Assembly (NCBI GenBank): GCA_964016885.1 | Contig: OZ024742.1 | Location: 3,348,001 to 3,412,000, forward strand | Reading direction: 5' to 3' | DNA length: 64,000 nucleotides | Source of the DNA: Eledone cirrhosa | Lineage: Eukaryota | Part shown: positions 1 to 12,367 of the stretch, piece by piece | How the letters are laid out: each line of letters begins with the position of its first letter | Numbering within the stretch: the stretch's first letter is position 1 | Notes under the pieces: model-generated | What the model saw: only the letters and a program-made list of their open reading frames with translations | What the model was told of the DNA's origin: nothing | Databases searched by the model: none | Position numbers and translations under genes: made by a program

Positions 1-462
1 ATGAGGAGTTTTATTATTAACATTTATTAGAGTTGTAGGATGAGTAGTTTTTTGAGAGTTACTATACTGTATATTAGAAGAGTTAGAGAAATTTGGTTTT
101 ATGTTGGTGTTTTGGGGTATAGTGTGAGTGGCATTTAGGTGTGTATGTTTCATTTGGTGTTTGTTGGTAACATTAGGTTGTATGTTTGTAGTGTTATTGG
201 TGGAAGGTATATATACTAATCTATTTTTGTGGCCACTTCTAGCTAGAGCTTCGTTATAAAAGGTCGCATTTTTATCAAATACATCTTGGTTAGACGAAAG
301 GTTAGAAATTCTAAGTGATATATTATATGCAAGGTTTTTAAGGATATATTTAGGGTGATTAGATTGTGAGTGTATGTAGTGTAAATTTTGGTTGGGTTTA
401 TGGTATGGTTGGTAGATACCGGTAGATAAGTCCAATGTTATATCTAGGGAATTAACTACTTT
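1..462 (-). pseudogene. Penelope-like (Naiad-type) RT C-terminal/thumb fragment, inverted relative to the adjacent GIY-YIG piece
   Basis: Manual minus-strand translation: VVNSLDITLDLSTGIYQPYHKPNQNLHYIHSQSNHPKYILKNLAYNISLRISNLSSNQDVFDKNATFYNEALA. This matches the PLE FLD..YxKP..YxH.SNHP pattern; absent from the ORF track. Confidence 0.85.
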
Positions 463-464
463 AC

Positions 465-872
465 TTGTGTTTTCCATTAAAAGGAAATTGCCTTGTTAAT
501 AACATAGTATATAAATGTAAAGTTAACACTAAGGACTCAACTTATTCATATATAGGAGCTACCTCTAACAAATTTAAGGTAAGATTTAATACCCATAAAC
601 ATAGTTTTAAAAATGCCGCACTAGCTAATACAACATCTCTAGCTGAAATAATTAATAGTTATAGAAAGAGGAATATAGATTATGACCTGACCTGGAGTGT
701 GCTCAAAAGGGCCACCCCTTATCAAAATAGTAGATATGAATGTAGATTATGTTCCCAAGAACTTTTTGAAATAATGAAATCTAAGGATATCCTATTAAAT
801 AAGCGACAGGAATTAATAATATCGTGTAATCATAAACTGAGAAAAACCTTTAAATATTATAAACCTAATTAA
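465..872 (+). pseudogene. PLE (Naiad-type) GIY-YIG endonuclease fragment
   Basis: PLKGNCL-NNIVYKC..YIGAT..FKVRFNTH..HSF..W..CRLC..E..LLNKR.E...CNH. Confidence 0.9.
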
Positions 873-1174
873 TATACACTTTAGAAATTAATATATAAAC
901 TATTTTTAATTTAGTTAACCTATAATTAATATTCTACTACTGATGAACTACATAATTTTGCTTTCCTTCTTACAAATATCATTTCCTAAAACTGATACCA
1001 TTAAGTAAATATATATAATGCTTTAACTTCAGGTTATGACTCTATGTTCCTTGAAAACTATATATATTTATTATTTCTCACTAATAAATTTAATCCCCCC
1101 CCCCAATAATTATATGTATATGTAAGTGTGTATGTGTGTGTGTATATATATGTGTATGTATGTATATATGCATG

Positions 1175-1287
<113 letters not shown>

Positions 1288-1982
1288 ATATGTGTGTGAG
1301 TATGTGTATATATATGTATATATATATATAGATATAAGTATATATATATATATATTATTTTTATATTCTTTTAATTTCCCCTCATCTTTAACAGCACTTT
1401 TCAACTGCATCTAACTCTTATTTATCATATCTATATGTATTAGTATAATTTTATCAATATAAATATACCCATCAATTAAATTAATTTATATTATTTTCAT
1501 AGATGTATTTTTTTCACTAACATTCTTATCTTAAATCTTTAGTCACCTTAGATATTTGTATTGGTATTACTATTTTATAACAGCCACTGCTTGTATACCT
1601 TTTACTGACCTATTTTCACCCCTAAAATAAGCTTCAATTACTACTATTTTACCATTTGGCCAATTATTAACTTTCTATTGGTTAATTCTAAACATCTTAC
1701 CAAACAGACAGAATATATTAGATCTTTGTTGGTTTTATTCAATGAACAAATAAAATTATTTCTGAGGTCAGCATAAGACCTATTTCTTCCCTAAAATAAT
1801 CCTTCATTCATAATATTCTTTTCCATCCAAAACTGAAATCTACCTTCCTCTACCCATAATTTAAGGTTCTTCTACTACTATATTACTATCTTGACCCTCA
1901 CTATCTCTCTATTGGTCAATTCAAAACCTGTTCCCAAACAGACCTATTGTATTGAATCTTTGTTTTTTTCAATAAACAAATA

Positions 1983-2124
1983 TCATTATTTCTGAAGACA
2001 GCATATATATGTGTAGGTATGTATATTCCCTCTAATAGTTTGTATAAATATTGTACATAGATCTATAGAATATGCATACCAACTCTAACACATATATATC
2101 CTAGAAACGATCGTAAAATGATGA
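1983..2124 (+). ncRNA. Type I hammerhead ribozyme with ~105-nt stem II
   Basis: Stem I TCATTATTT/AAATGATGA; core CTGAAGA (1992-1998); GAAA (2104-2107); palindromic stem III CGATCG; GUA site. Confidence 0.8.
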
Positions 2125-2489
2125 ATTTTTTAAATATAAGGTACTGTTTCTTTGTTTATTCATTATTTTATTAATTTATCTTGACTCTGTTTTCCGTTTA
2201 TTTTTCACCGAAAGTAGTTTTTGAATGCATCCTCTTTTCATGATATCCGGATTACATTGAGTTCTTCATACGGATTGGACACTACCGTAAACTTTTGGTA
2301 GATTTATCTACATATATATATATATATATAACATATGTATGTATGAATCAATAACTCGTGAGGGAGTTACCGGAGCGCTGCCTTGTTGTGGGTGGCGTTT
2401 TGAGGGCATTTTAAAACTTGGTGAAGCCCATCTCTCCAGGTTTTCTTCCACGGAAAGATAGAAATAGAATGGAAGTGAGAAAGCGGTAT

Positions 2490-3380
2490 AGAGGAAAGAT
2501 CGACCCGAGTACTAGACTGGTACTTTTTCCTTCGACTTTGAATGGATGAAAGATAAAGTTGACTTCGGTGGGATTTGAACTGAGAGAACAGAGAGCCGTT
2601 CTAACCACTCTACTATTCTATCTGACGTTCTAACCACTCTACTATTCTATCTGACGTTCTAACCACTCTACCATTCTATCTGACGTTCTAACGACTCTAC
2701 CATTCTATCTGACGTTCTAACGACTCTACCATTCTATCTGACGTTCTAACCACTCTACCATTCTATCTAACGTTCTAACCACTCTACCATTCTATCTGAC
2801 GTTCTAACGACTCTACCATTCTATCTGACGTTCTAACCACTCTATCATTCTATCTGACGTTCTAACCACTCTACCCTTCTATCTAACGTTCGAACCACTC
2901 TACCATTCTATCTGACGTTCAAACCACTCTACCATTCTATCTGACGTTCTAACCACTCTACCATTCTATCTGACGTTCTAACCACTCTACCATTCTATCT
3001 GACGTTCTAACCACTCTACTATTCTATCTGACGTTCTAACCACTCTACTATTCTATCTGACGTTCTAACCACTATACTATTCTATCTGACGTTCTAACCA
3101 CTCTACCATTCTATCAGACGTTCTAACCGCTCTACCATTCTATCTGACGTTCTAACCACTCTACTATACTATCTGACGTTCTAACCACTCTACCATTCTA
3201 TCAGACGTTCTAACCGCTCTACCATTCTATCTGACGTTCTAATCACTCTACTGTTCTATCTGACGTTCTAACCACTCTACTATTCTATCTGACGTTCTAA
3301 CCACTCTACCATTCTATCTGACATTCTAACCACTCTACCATTCTATCTGACGTTCTAACGACTCTACCAATTCGCAACCC
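2490..3380 (-). mobile_element. tRNA-derived SINE with internally amplified head
   Basis: Minus strand has a head GAATTGGTAGAGTCG, B box GTTCAAATCC and a body (CTTTCATCC..GTCGA..AGTACCAG) shared with other copies in the window. Confidence 0.75.
2598..3368. repeat. 29-bp minisatellite (CTAACCACTCTACCATTCTATCTGACGTT), about 26 copies
   Basis: Head-to-tail units with point variants and no spacers. Confidence 0.95.
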
Positions 3381-3799
3381 AACAACAGATGTATAGACAT
3401 ACATAACACTTCAGAAGAGAAGATGTCAGTGAGGATTAAATTCAATCGACATCATCAAGTACGCAACAGAATATTTGCTTAATTGATAATTGTGATTGCG
3501 TATGGGTTATAATTACTTATCAGGGAACAGAGCAATCAATTCTTGTCTTGCATAATGGTGTAATTATAAGCATAAGTCAACAAATATTGTGATGCCAGGT
3601 CTAGCATTTCTTTGTCCCTTCATTTCAAGAAGTGTGTGAGTGCATATATATTTGAATAGAAAAACTGAAACTATTAACTAGTCATGCATATGCATAGTGC
3701 TACAGATAATTGAATATATAAACGGACTGGTAAATCTGTCTCTCCATCACATCTATTTTCTAGGCGATCGAGAAAACGAAGACTACATCTTCTATATTG

Positions 3800-3830
<31 letters not shown>

Positions 3831-4090
3831 GTAAGTAAGATTCATATTCAGTATTGTAGAAATATATACACTCACATATATATATCTATATATATATATA
3901 TATATATATATACACTCACAAACTTACACATATACACAAGCACACACACCCCACACACACACATAAATATGCACATATTAGCACTACGTAATTACATACA
4001 AAACGTAATTACATACAAATGTAAACAGAAACCTAATCAATTATTATTTAATGATTTTCAACTAAACCCGTCGCCGGTTTCCCAATCAAT

Positions 4091-4131
<41 letters not shown>

Positions 4132-4216
4132 GAAAAATTGAACAGGGACAGAACAGAGAGGCAGTACGATAAATGTTTATTAAATTCACGCTCAGGAGAG
4201 TGGGGGGTACATGGGG

Positions 4217-4250
4217 GACGACGTTTCGGGCATAAGCCCTTCTTCAGGTG
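4217..4250 (-). ncRNA. Minimal hammerhead ribozyme
   Basis: CAC CTGAAGA A GGGC TTAT GCCC GAAA CG TC GTC; stem I is weak. Confidence 0.75.
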
Positions 4251-5609
4251 AGAAGTGTGTGGGAACAGAGTTCAAAAGGTGTGTAGGGGAGTGGTGGAGA
4301 GACATATAGCGAAAGGAAATGGTGCAAATGAAAAATTAACAAATAAAGACAAAAATATAATAAATAATAAATAAAAATAAAGCATGATCAAAATACAAGG
4401 AATGAGAAAATTTAAAAATAAAAGCATGATCAAAAGAAACTGAAATTAAAAGGGGGGTAAACAGGTGGTGGAAGGGTGTGGTGTGAGTAGGGGTGGTGGC
4501 GGGTGGAGTGGGAGAGGGAGACGGGGTGTCCGAGCGGGGAGGGCTGAAGGTGGTGTGTGTGGTTAGGTGTGCGTGTGTGTGTGTATGTGTGTATGTGAAA
4601 GTGAGGGTTGGGGGAAGAACGGGGTTGCATGTTCAGGAAGGTGTGTGTGGGGGGTGATTTTGTGGGTCGGAGGGTATGTGCGTGTGTGGATAGGGGGTGG
4701 GGGGTGGAGGGAGAGGAATCAGGAGGCTGAGGGTGTAAATATGTGGTGGGAAGCACGTGTGTGTGGTTTAAGCGTGTTGTGGGTGTAGGTGGCGTGTGGA
4801 TAAAAAAATGTTTGGGGGTGTGTGTGTGGGTGAGTTATATAGGTGATGGTGTAAGAGGATGGTTGAAAAGTTGGTAAGTTACACGGATGTTAGGAGATTT
4901 TGGTTAGAAGTCAATAACGCGTGTGGGTAATCCAAGAAGCGGTGGTCGGAAGAGGAGAGATGTGGGGTGCGCGCGCAACAGGAAGTGGTCAGCAGTGGAA
5001 GTGCTGTGGTCAGTTGGTGCTGAGACAGTGGTCGGAAGGGCATAGCAGCAGTCGGCGGAATGGTAGGGAGGCGAGGATGGGTAAGTGTGAGAGTTGGAGT
5101 GAGGAGGGTGTGTGTGTGTGTGTATTAGTAGGGGTTTTAGTGGGATGAGTGAGTGTGGAGCGGGGAGAGAAGGGTGTGTGTGGTTCTATGGAGGGAGTGT
5201 GGTGTACTGGTGTGTGTGTAGTTTGGTGAAGAGGTGTTAATGGGTGTTAGTATACGGGAGGTGGGGAGGGGTGGAATGCAGGTGTGAGTGGGGGTTAGTG
5301 GGGGTAGGGTGTGTAGAGTTGGTGGTGTACGAGGGTGTGTGGGTACGTGTGCGTGGGGTTGGAGGGTGTTAGTGATGTTAGTTGCGTGTGGGGTGGGTGG
5401 TGTAAGTGGGTGCGTGTGTGCGTGTGATAAGGAGGGCGGAGGAGAAAAGGGGAGGGAAGGGATGTTAGTATGTTAGTTGGGGAAGGGTGGTCAGATGAGG
5501 GGTGGAGTGGAGGTGTTAGTATTGTTAGTGTGGGGTGGGCGGTGAAAAGGAGGGGTGTGTTAGTGGTGTTAGTGGCGGATAAGTGTGGGGAGAGGGGGGC
5601 GGTCGAACG

Positions 5610-5825
5610 CTAAAGGAATAAGGGTGGGGAGTTCAGGCCGGGGGGAGTGTGGGTCTGTAAGATGAAGATAGTGCGTTGTTCGACCGTAAGGCGATGGGCG
5701 GGTGTTCCGTGGCACTGGAGTAGGCCACAGACTGTGAGATGGCGTGCGGAGTGTCCAGGGCCACCAAAGTGGCGGGCGATGGGGGAACTGCCCCCGAGAC
5801 GAATATCCCGGAGGTGCTCCGTGAC
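5610..5825 (-). pseudogene. GIY-YIG C-terminal half, Neptune-like PLE
   Basis: Manual translation: EHLRDIRLGGSSPIARHFGGPGHSARHLTVCGLLQCHGTPAHRLTVEQRTIFILQTHTPPGLNSPPLFL*. Confidence 0.85.
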
Positions 5826-5862
5826 GGGAGGAGAGAACTATATATATATATATATATATATT

Positions 5863-5941
<79 letters not shown>

Positions 5942-5982
5942 TTATATATATATATATTTATAAATATATATATATATATATA

Positions 5983-6855
5983 TAGTTCTCTCCTCCCTTC
6001 TCACTCAACGTTAAAACCAATGTAGGAAAAAAATGTCTAGCCCTCTTAGATAGACACTTTCCCATAGGTCATAAATACCACTCCATCTTTAACCGACACA
6101 AAGTTAAACTAGGATACTCCTGCGCTAAGAACATGAAGGCCCACATCACCAGCAGCCCTAGGAGCAACACCCCTCCAGGGTGCTCTTGCCGTAAGCCTGA
6201 AGCTTGCCCCCTTCAACAGCAATGCAACACACCAGCTGTAATTTATGAAGCTGTGGTCAGTTCCAACCGACCAAACCAACCACAGCAGGTCAAATCTTAT
6301 GTGGGCATGGCGGAAGGCCGATTTAAGGAACGTTTCCTGAACCACCAGTCGACCTTTAGGTACCCGGACAGACGTTCATCCACGAAACTCGCGAGCCACG
6401 TATGCTCCCTCGAGGACTCAGGTATAGACTACTCCATTCAGTGGAAAGCCATCACTAAGTCCAAGCCATACGCAAGGGGAAATCCGTCGTGTGGACTGAG
6501 TATTGACGATCTCTTTTAAAGAGATTATGCAATAGTGATTGCCTAAACACGAGAAATTAATATTTGAGGCGTTTTCCACACGTCACAAAACACCTATTGC
6601 ATAACTACAAAGCTCCGGATTGAATCATTGTAATTTTCTTATCAACTAAAACCTTTTCGGACTTTCGCTGTTATATCCCTTACACCTCTCGCACGCATTC
6701 TAGTATTGTCTGTGTGAAGTGACCGGTTTCTGCACATGCGCGTTCGTACGGTTGTCCTCCCTGTTCCTATAACCATACCCATTACGAGCTGAGGATCCGC
6801 TAAGGTGAAACAATTGTTCTAGGTATGGTGAACTAACTGTTGTGTAACCACTTCT
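5983..6855 (+). mobile_element. 5'-truncated Naiad-like PLE (linker, GIY-YIG, short tail)
   Basis: [31 protein letters not shown], then CSCRKPEACPLQQQC..VIYEA..YVGMAEGRFKERFLNH (ORF 6133-6519); degenerate C-terminus. Confidence 0.9.
6785..6822 (+). ncRNA. Minimal hammerhead ribozyme
   Basis: CGAG CTGAGGA TCC GCTAA GGT GAAA CAATTG TT CTAG; palindromic stem III. Confidence 0.65.
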
Positions 6856-7283
6856 ATATATATACATATATATATATATATAAGCTTCATACGAAATACA
6901 GAAAATTACCTCCTGGGGAATGTTCCATGACATAATTCATGTGGTTAGATATATATATATATATATATGAATGTATAGTATATTTGGCAATATACTCTAT
7001 GTTTAATAACAACACCAACACAAACAACAAATGTTTTTAATCAAACATACAGCATATTGCCAAATATACTATAAATATATTCATGTATACATCGGTATTT
7101 CAGACCACCAATAACATTACCTATATATATATATTTAAACAAATAGAGGTGTAACACACGAGTTGTGATATATTAGTAAAAGGAAAAGAAAATGGTGACA
7201 AATGTTTCCCAGTGAAAAATACTTTAATTAGGAATAAGTATAAATTAGTAATAAGTATTGGTTAGTATTCATTTTTAGTTTTA

Positions 7284-7323
7284 AGTTTTTACCGGTTGCG
7301 CATTTCTAAAGCTTTTCAAAACT
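7284..7323 (-). ncRNA. Degenerate hammerhead (UUGAAAA core, GAAA changed to GCAA)
   Basis: AGTT TTGAAAA GC TTTAGAAAT GC GCAA CCGG TA AAAACT. Confidence 0.4.
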
Positions 7324-7676
7324 AATTTTGAGATAGAGCGCCCGTGATGTTTGCTCTAATCTGATCAGTTTTGGAAATTCTTCCTGTTTTATGTGAAAAA
7401 AGTGGCTCCAGCGGTATTAAGATTTGGTTGGTTGTTGAATGTCACGTGAATAAGTACAATAAATTTCGCGCCAATTCGTGTTGCAAAAATTCTTGTAGTC
7501 AAAACAATTTTTGTTGGTCGGTAGAGGTCACGTGAATGTTAAAAATTGATTTTAGCGCGAACTGGTTTGGCGCTAAATGTAGGCTTGTCGAAGAGTGTCC
7601 TTTTTCGCCTGAGTGTGTTGCAGTCATGTTGAGAAATCACTGAAAAACATGTCTATTAAGACAAATATGTGTGTGT

Positions 7677-7815
<139 letters not shown>

Positions 7816-7884
7816 GTAAAGAGGTTCATTGTTGTGATAATGGTCAGTAGGGATGTGTGTATGAGTTGCAGTCATGTTGAAAGA

Positions 7885-9510
7885 TCAACAGTTCAGGTAC
7901 CTGAAAACGCGCCTCATTACAACCAGGCCCTCAAGCGGAATGGCTTCCGGGAGGAAATATCCTTTTATCCAGCTTCCCTTAGCGGATCCAGCAGACGACA
8001 CCGCCGCTGACACAACGTAACGTGGTTCAATCCTCCCCATAATGCCGAGGTGGCAACACCTATCAGGAAAATCTTTTTTATACTCCTCGAAAACACTTTC
8101 CACTACAACACCGCTACCACAATATAATCAACAAAAACACCATCAAACTCTCCTACAGCATCACACCTAACTTCGCACAAAACATCGTCTCCTCAAAACA
8201 ACAAAAAACTCAACCCCTATGGAAGAAATAACCTAGACATCAGTGGAGAGCCGACCAGGAGGTGTAACTGCCCTGATAGATCTACGTGCCCCCTCAAAAA
8301 CAAATGCCGAGAACGTAACGTGATCTACCAGTGCAACGTGAGGACGGACACCTCCAACAAAGCTTGTATAGGATTATCCGCGTGTGACTTCAAGACCCGG
8401 CTCTACCAACACCGAAATACTTTCCGAAACCCGGTCCGGCGACATGCCACTACACTTTCGGGCCACAACTGGGACCTCCAAGATAATAATATAACTTACA
8501 ATCTCACTTGGAGCTTACTGTCCAAAGCTAACTCTTACACGGGAGGACGCCGTCCGTGTAACTTATGCTCTGGAAAATATTACAAATGCTGTTTTCGAAG
8601 GACCAACTCCTAAAAAAGAAAGAGGAACTGGTAACCGCATGCAAACACGGATTGCGTAGGACTTACCTCGCCCTCAAACCCCATAATGACCCGGCTGGGT
8701 AGACAAGGGCTGATACACCCCTACTTGCCGAATAAGTTAGGGGAAACCCCAGCTTACTTAAGTAGATGCATCTCTTTTCTTTTCTTTTCCTCTCTGACTT
8801 CTTCATCCCCCTGTCTCATCCTATCACTTCCTTCCACCCCCTATTTTCTTCCTCGTCTGCTATTCCACTTCGCCTACCCCGATGCAGCCCATCGGACCTC
8901 TGTAACATCAGTTCCCCCACCCCTGTAATCTTAAGATAGAGTTGGACGAACACGTTTTACTAACTACTTATAGCAGACGTGTAAAACCCCTTTAATTCTG
9001 TATCAGTTCTGGTACTACTCAATTTCTACAAATGTTTTCTATTTTCAACTTATTAACCTGTAATTGTAAGATAGCATTGTGATTTTTTTTATTCATTTCT
9101 TACTATCTAATTTTATATATATATATATTTTTTTTATTTATTTCTATTATCTTTTATTATCTCCTACTCTCATTCGATTTACCTATTCTATAACCTCCCT
9201 CCTCCACTTCATACTCTATCCTCAGAATCTGCTGTATACATATCACTTTTAACGCTTGACCGCTCCTGTCACTCCTCTATTGTTCTACAGGTAAGTTCAG
9301 CCACCCCTACCTCCCACCAGATACCATGATAGACATATATGTGTTTACAACAAATTTTAACCAATCCTCTTGACAACTACAATCTTCCCATATAAGGAAG
9401 TACCCCCTTGAAAAGTTCGGCTATTTATTCACCAGGTTAAAAATTCTAATTTAGTCCAGAAATAGCCGTCGAAACGGCTTGAGCTCTGCCGTCGGGGTCA
9501 TACTTTTTCA
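7885..9510 (+). mobile_element. 5'-truncated Naiad-like PLE with 3' tail
   Basis: NAPHYNQALKRNGF..VTWFNPP..IKLSYSITPN..CNCPDRSTCPLKNKC..VIYQC..CIGLSACDFKTRLYQH..CNLC; stops and frameshifts present. Confidence 0.9.
9402..9498 (+). ncRNA. Hammerhead ribozyme, U3:A8 core, long stem II
   Basis: CCCC TTGAAAA G..CGGCTATTT...AAATAGCCG TC GAAA CGGC TTGAGCTCT GCCG TC GGGG. Confidence 0.75.
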
Positions 9511-9549
9511 TATATATATATATACATTTATATATTAATATATATATAC

Positions 9550-9710
<161 letters not shown>

Positions 9711-9777
9711 CAAATAACGAAACGAAATTAAATTTCGTTTCGTTTGTAACTCACTTTTGTATGACTGACGCTTAAAC

Positions 9778-10010
9778 AATTAAGTCAAAAATGTACATCC
9801 GCATATGTATACTGAAATACTAGTATGCATATGAATACACACACAGTATGACTCTAAAAACCGGTTTGTCTGTGTGTTTACATACAGAATAGCTGGATTC
9901 TCACAGTAAAGTAACCAGTGAAAGACTTGATACATCTACATATGTATACGTGTGTGTATTCATATGCATACTAGTATTTCAGTATACATATGCGGATGTA
10001 CATTTTTGAC

Positions 10011-10016
<6 letters not shown>
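9778..10016. repeat. Fold-back with ~67-bp inverted arms
   Basis: AATTAAGTCAAAAATGTACATCC...ATACACAC is reverse-complemented at ~9950-10016. Confidence 0.9.
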
Positions 10017-10065
<49 letters not shown>

Positions 10066-10068
<3 letters not shown>

Positions 10069-11758
10069 TTGCGAGGTTTTTTATATGAAATCGTGTGTCG
10101 AAACAAATATTGTTATACTTGGGGAGGGTCATATTTGTGTAATATTGCCAGAATTAATAACAGAACACACTCACTGTTTGGTTGGTTTTCGCTTTTTGCC
10201 ATAACCTCAATGGCAAAAAAGACTCCGATGGGAAGGTGAATTGGGTGGACCAAAGCTATACGGACCCCCAAAAACAATGATCAGGTAAGAAAAATGGTCG
10301 CACATGCAATAGGGGCTAGTATCAAAACTACCGTAAAGGGCCACATATTCAAGTTCAACGAGAAGATCTACACCCAAAATGAGGGAGCAGCCTTTGGTGT
10401 CAGCATAGCTGGTGGTGTTGCCAAACTTTTTATGGTATGGTGGGAAAGGAGACTTAAAGATCTCCTTAACGAGAGCTCGATAGACCTCATCATGTACTCT
10501 CGTTACGTAGAAGATATCAATATAGTTATAAGAACATCCCCACTAGAGAGCACTAACAAGTTTAATTTAGAACGTAGTACAATGGAAAGCATCCAGCAGA
10601 TAGCTAATTCCATACACCAGAGTATAACTGTAACTATCGACTACCCTTCCAAACACCCTAACAATAGACTACCAGAGATACCAGAGTGTCATGTTTGTGG
10701 ACGCTACTCCTGGAGGGAAATTAGCTAACCAGTGTAGAAAGGCCCTGAGAAAGACCCACTTAAAGATTAAGGTGGTAGAAAAGCGAGGAACCACCATAAA
10801 ATCCCTGATCAGCAAAACCTACCCTTTTAAGAAAACCCACTGTACTAATAGGAAATGTATCATATGTAAGGTAAACCCCCGGATAAACTGTAAAACTAGA
10901 AACGTAGTCTATAGCATAAGATGTACAGAGGGTACTTGCAGAAGCATGACAGCAACATACATAGACGAAACAGCTCGTAGCATAGGTGAAAGGATAGACC
11001 AACACTGGGGGGAACTAAAAGGACGAAAAAACGGGTCAGTTCTTCACGAACATGCCAGACAACAACACGACAGTAACATAGACAACATAGAAATTAGAAT
11101 AATATCTAAACATAGAAATGACCCAACAGATAGGTGAATCAGAGAGGCCAGTGAAATAGAACTTAGAAAGCCAAGACTAAACAGAAAGAATGAATGGAAT
11201 AACAACAACACCCAAACAAACAACACTGACCTAAGAGAAGTATAAATAAATAAATAAATAGATAAATAAATAAATAAATAAATAAATATACAAGCACAAT
11301 AACAACAAACACATATAAACACACACTGGTAAACATGGAATACATTAACCAATACACAGTCACCCAATCACGAACACACATCAAACAAAACACTATACAC
11401 ACACGCAAACGCATGCGCGAAGAAGACGAAATAAAATAAACAAACAAACACATAAATAAATATATATATAAACAGACTAAATAAAGATGGCGTAGACATA
11501 CAAGGTAACGGGAGGAAACAATAGCACCACTGACGTAACAACTTTGATAAACTATATATATATGTCTTTGTGTCTATATTGTATCTGTATTATTTTTGAC
11601 CGTTGGTCAGTCAATGGCAACATTGAGGACCGAATAAATTAGATTACCAATATAAAAGCCACAGAAGAGAAAAGCGAAAACCAACCAAACAGTGAATGTG
11701 TTCTGTTATTCATTCTGGCAATATTACACAAATATGACCTTCCCCAAGTATAACAATA
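10066..11758 (+). mobile_element. Internally deleted PLE of a third lineage (RT core plus GIY-YIG) with inverted ends
   Basis: ORF 10294-10728: FKFNEKIYTQNEGAAFG..YSRYVEDI..TIDYPS. ORF 10691-11137: FVDATPGGKL..CTNRKCIIC..VVYSIRC..YIDETARS..ERIDQH. Inverted repeat ~10108-10196 / 11670-11758. Confidence 0.85.
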
Positions 11759-12000
11759 TATACATATACACATATATATATATACACAAATACATATATA
11801 TATATTAATTAGAATTGTTGCTCTGAAATAGCTATATATATATGAATGTATATATAGTGTATTTTGCAATACACTGTATGCTTAATAAAAAGCATTTTGA
11901 AGACCTTATGCTATTGTTTTAGAGTAGTGACAGACACACTTACTTTAATTTCTATAAGAACCAAAACATCCAGGTTTTTCAGCAAACGGGAGGAGTAGTT

Positions 12001-12045
12001 GGCTTTGATAAGCATCAATAAATGCAGAAACAAGGATTGTCAGCT
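12001..12045 (+). ncRNA. Hammerhead ribozyme, U3:A8 core
   Basis: GGCT TTGATAA GCAT CAATAA ATGC A GAAA CAA GGA TTG TC AGCT. Confidence 0.8.
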
Positions 12046-12321
12046 TTATCTCCCCCTGTTTGCTGAAATTAAAGTAAGTGAGTCTGTCACTACTCTACAA
12101 CAATAGCATAAGGTCTTCAAAATGCTTTTTATTAAGCATACAGTGTATTGTAAAATACACTATTTATACATTCATATATATATAGCTATTTCAGAGCAAC
12201 AATTCTAATTTTTAATTTCTGCTTGACCGGCAACCGCTCTGTATAATCAGTTCCTGATTATTTACTAGAATTCTATAAGAACCAAAACATCCAGGTTTTT
12301 CAACAAACGGGAGGAGTAGTT

Positions 12322-12367
12322 GGCTTTGATAAGCATCAATAAATGCAGAAATAAGGTCTTATCAGCT
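12322..12367 (+). ncRNA. Hammerhead ribozyme, U3:A8 core (second tandem copy)
   Basis: GGCT TTGATAA GCAT CAATAA ATGC A GAAA TAAG GT CTTA TC AGCT. Confidence 0.8.

Larger units (their letters stand above)
4130..5825 (-). mobile_element. 5'-truncated Neptune-like PLE (endonuclease C-terminus, C-rich 3' UTR, hammerhead)
   Basis: Coding remnant 5610-5825, hammerhead 4217-4250, then AATAAA and a (TA)n junction. Confidence 0.8.

Noticed and set aside
938-965. CTGATGA as a hammerhead core
   Set aside because: No downstream GAAA, stem III or closing stem I.
2598-3368. CRISPR-like 29-bp periodicity
   Set aside because: No unique spacers and no cas genes; the unit is SINE-derived.
8008-8010. In-frame TGA as selenocysteine (some Naiad PLEs encode selenoproteins)
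   Set aside because: It lies in an Arg-rich run (likely CGA to TGA), not at a conserved Cys. No TGA was seen at Cys motifs of the Naiad-like ORFs and no SECIS was recognised.
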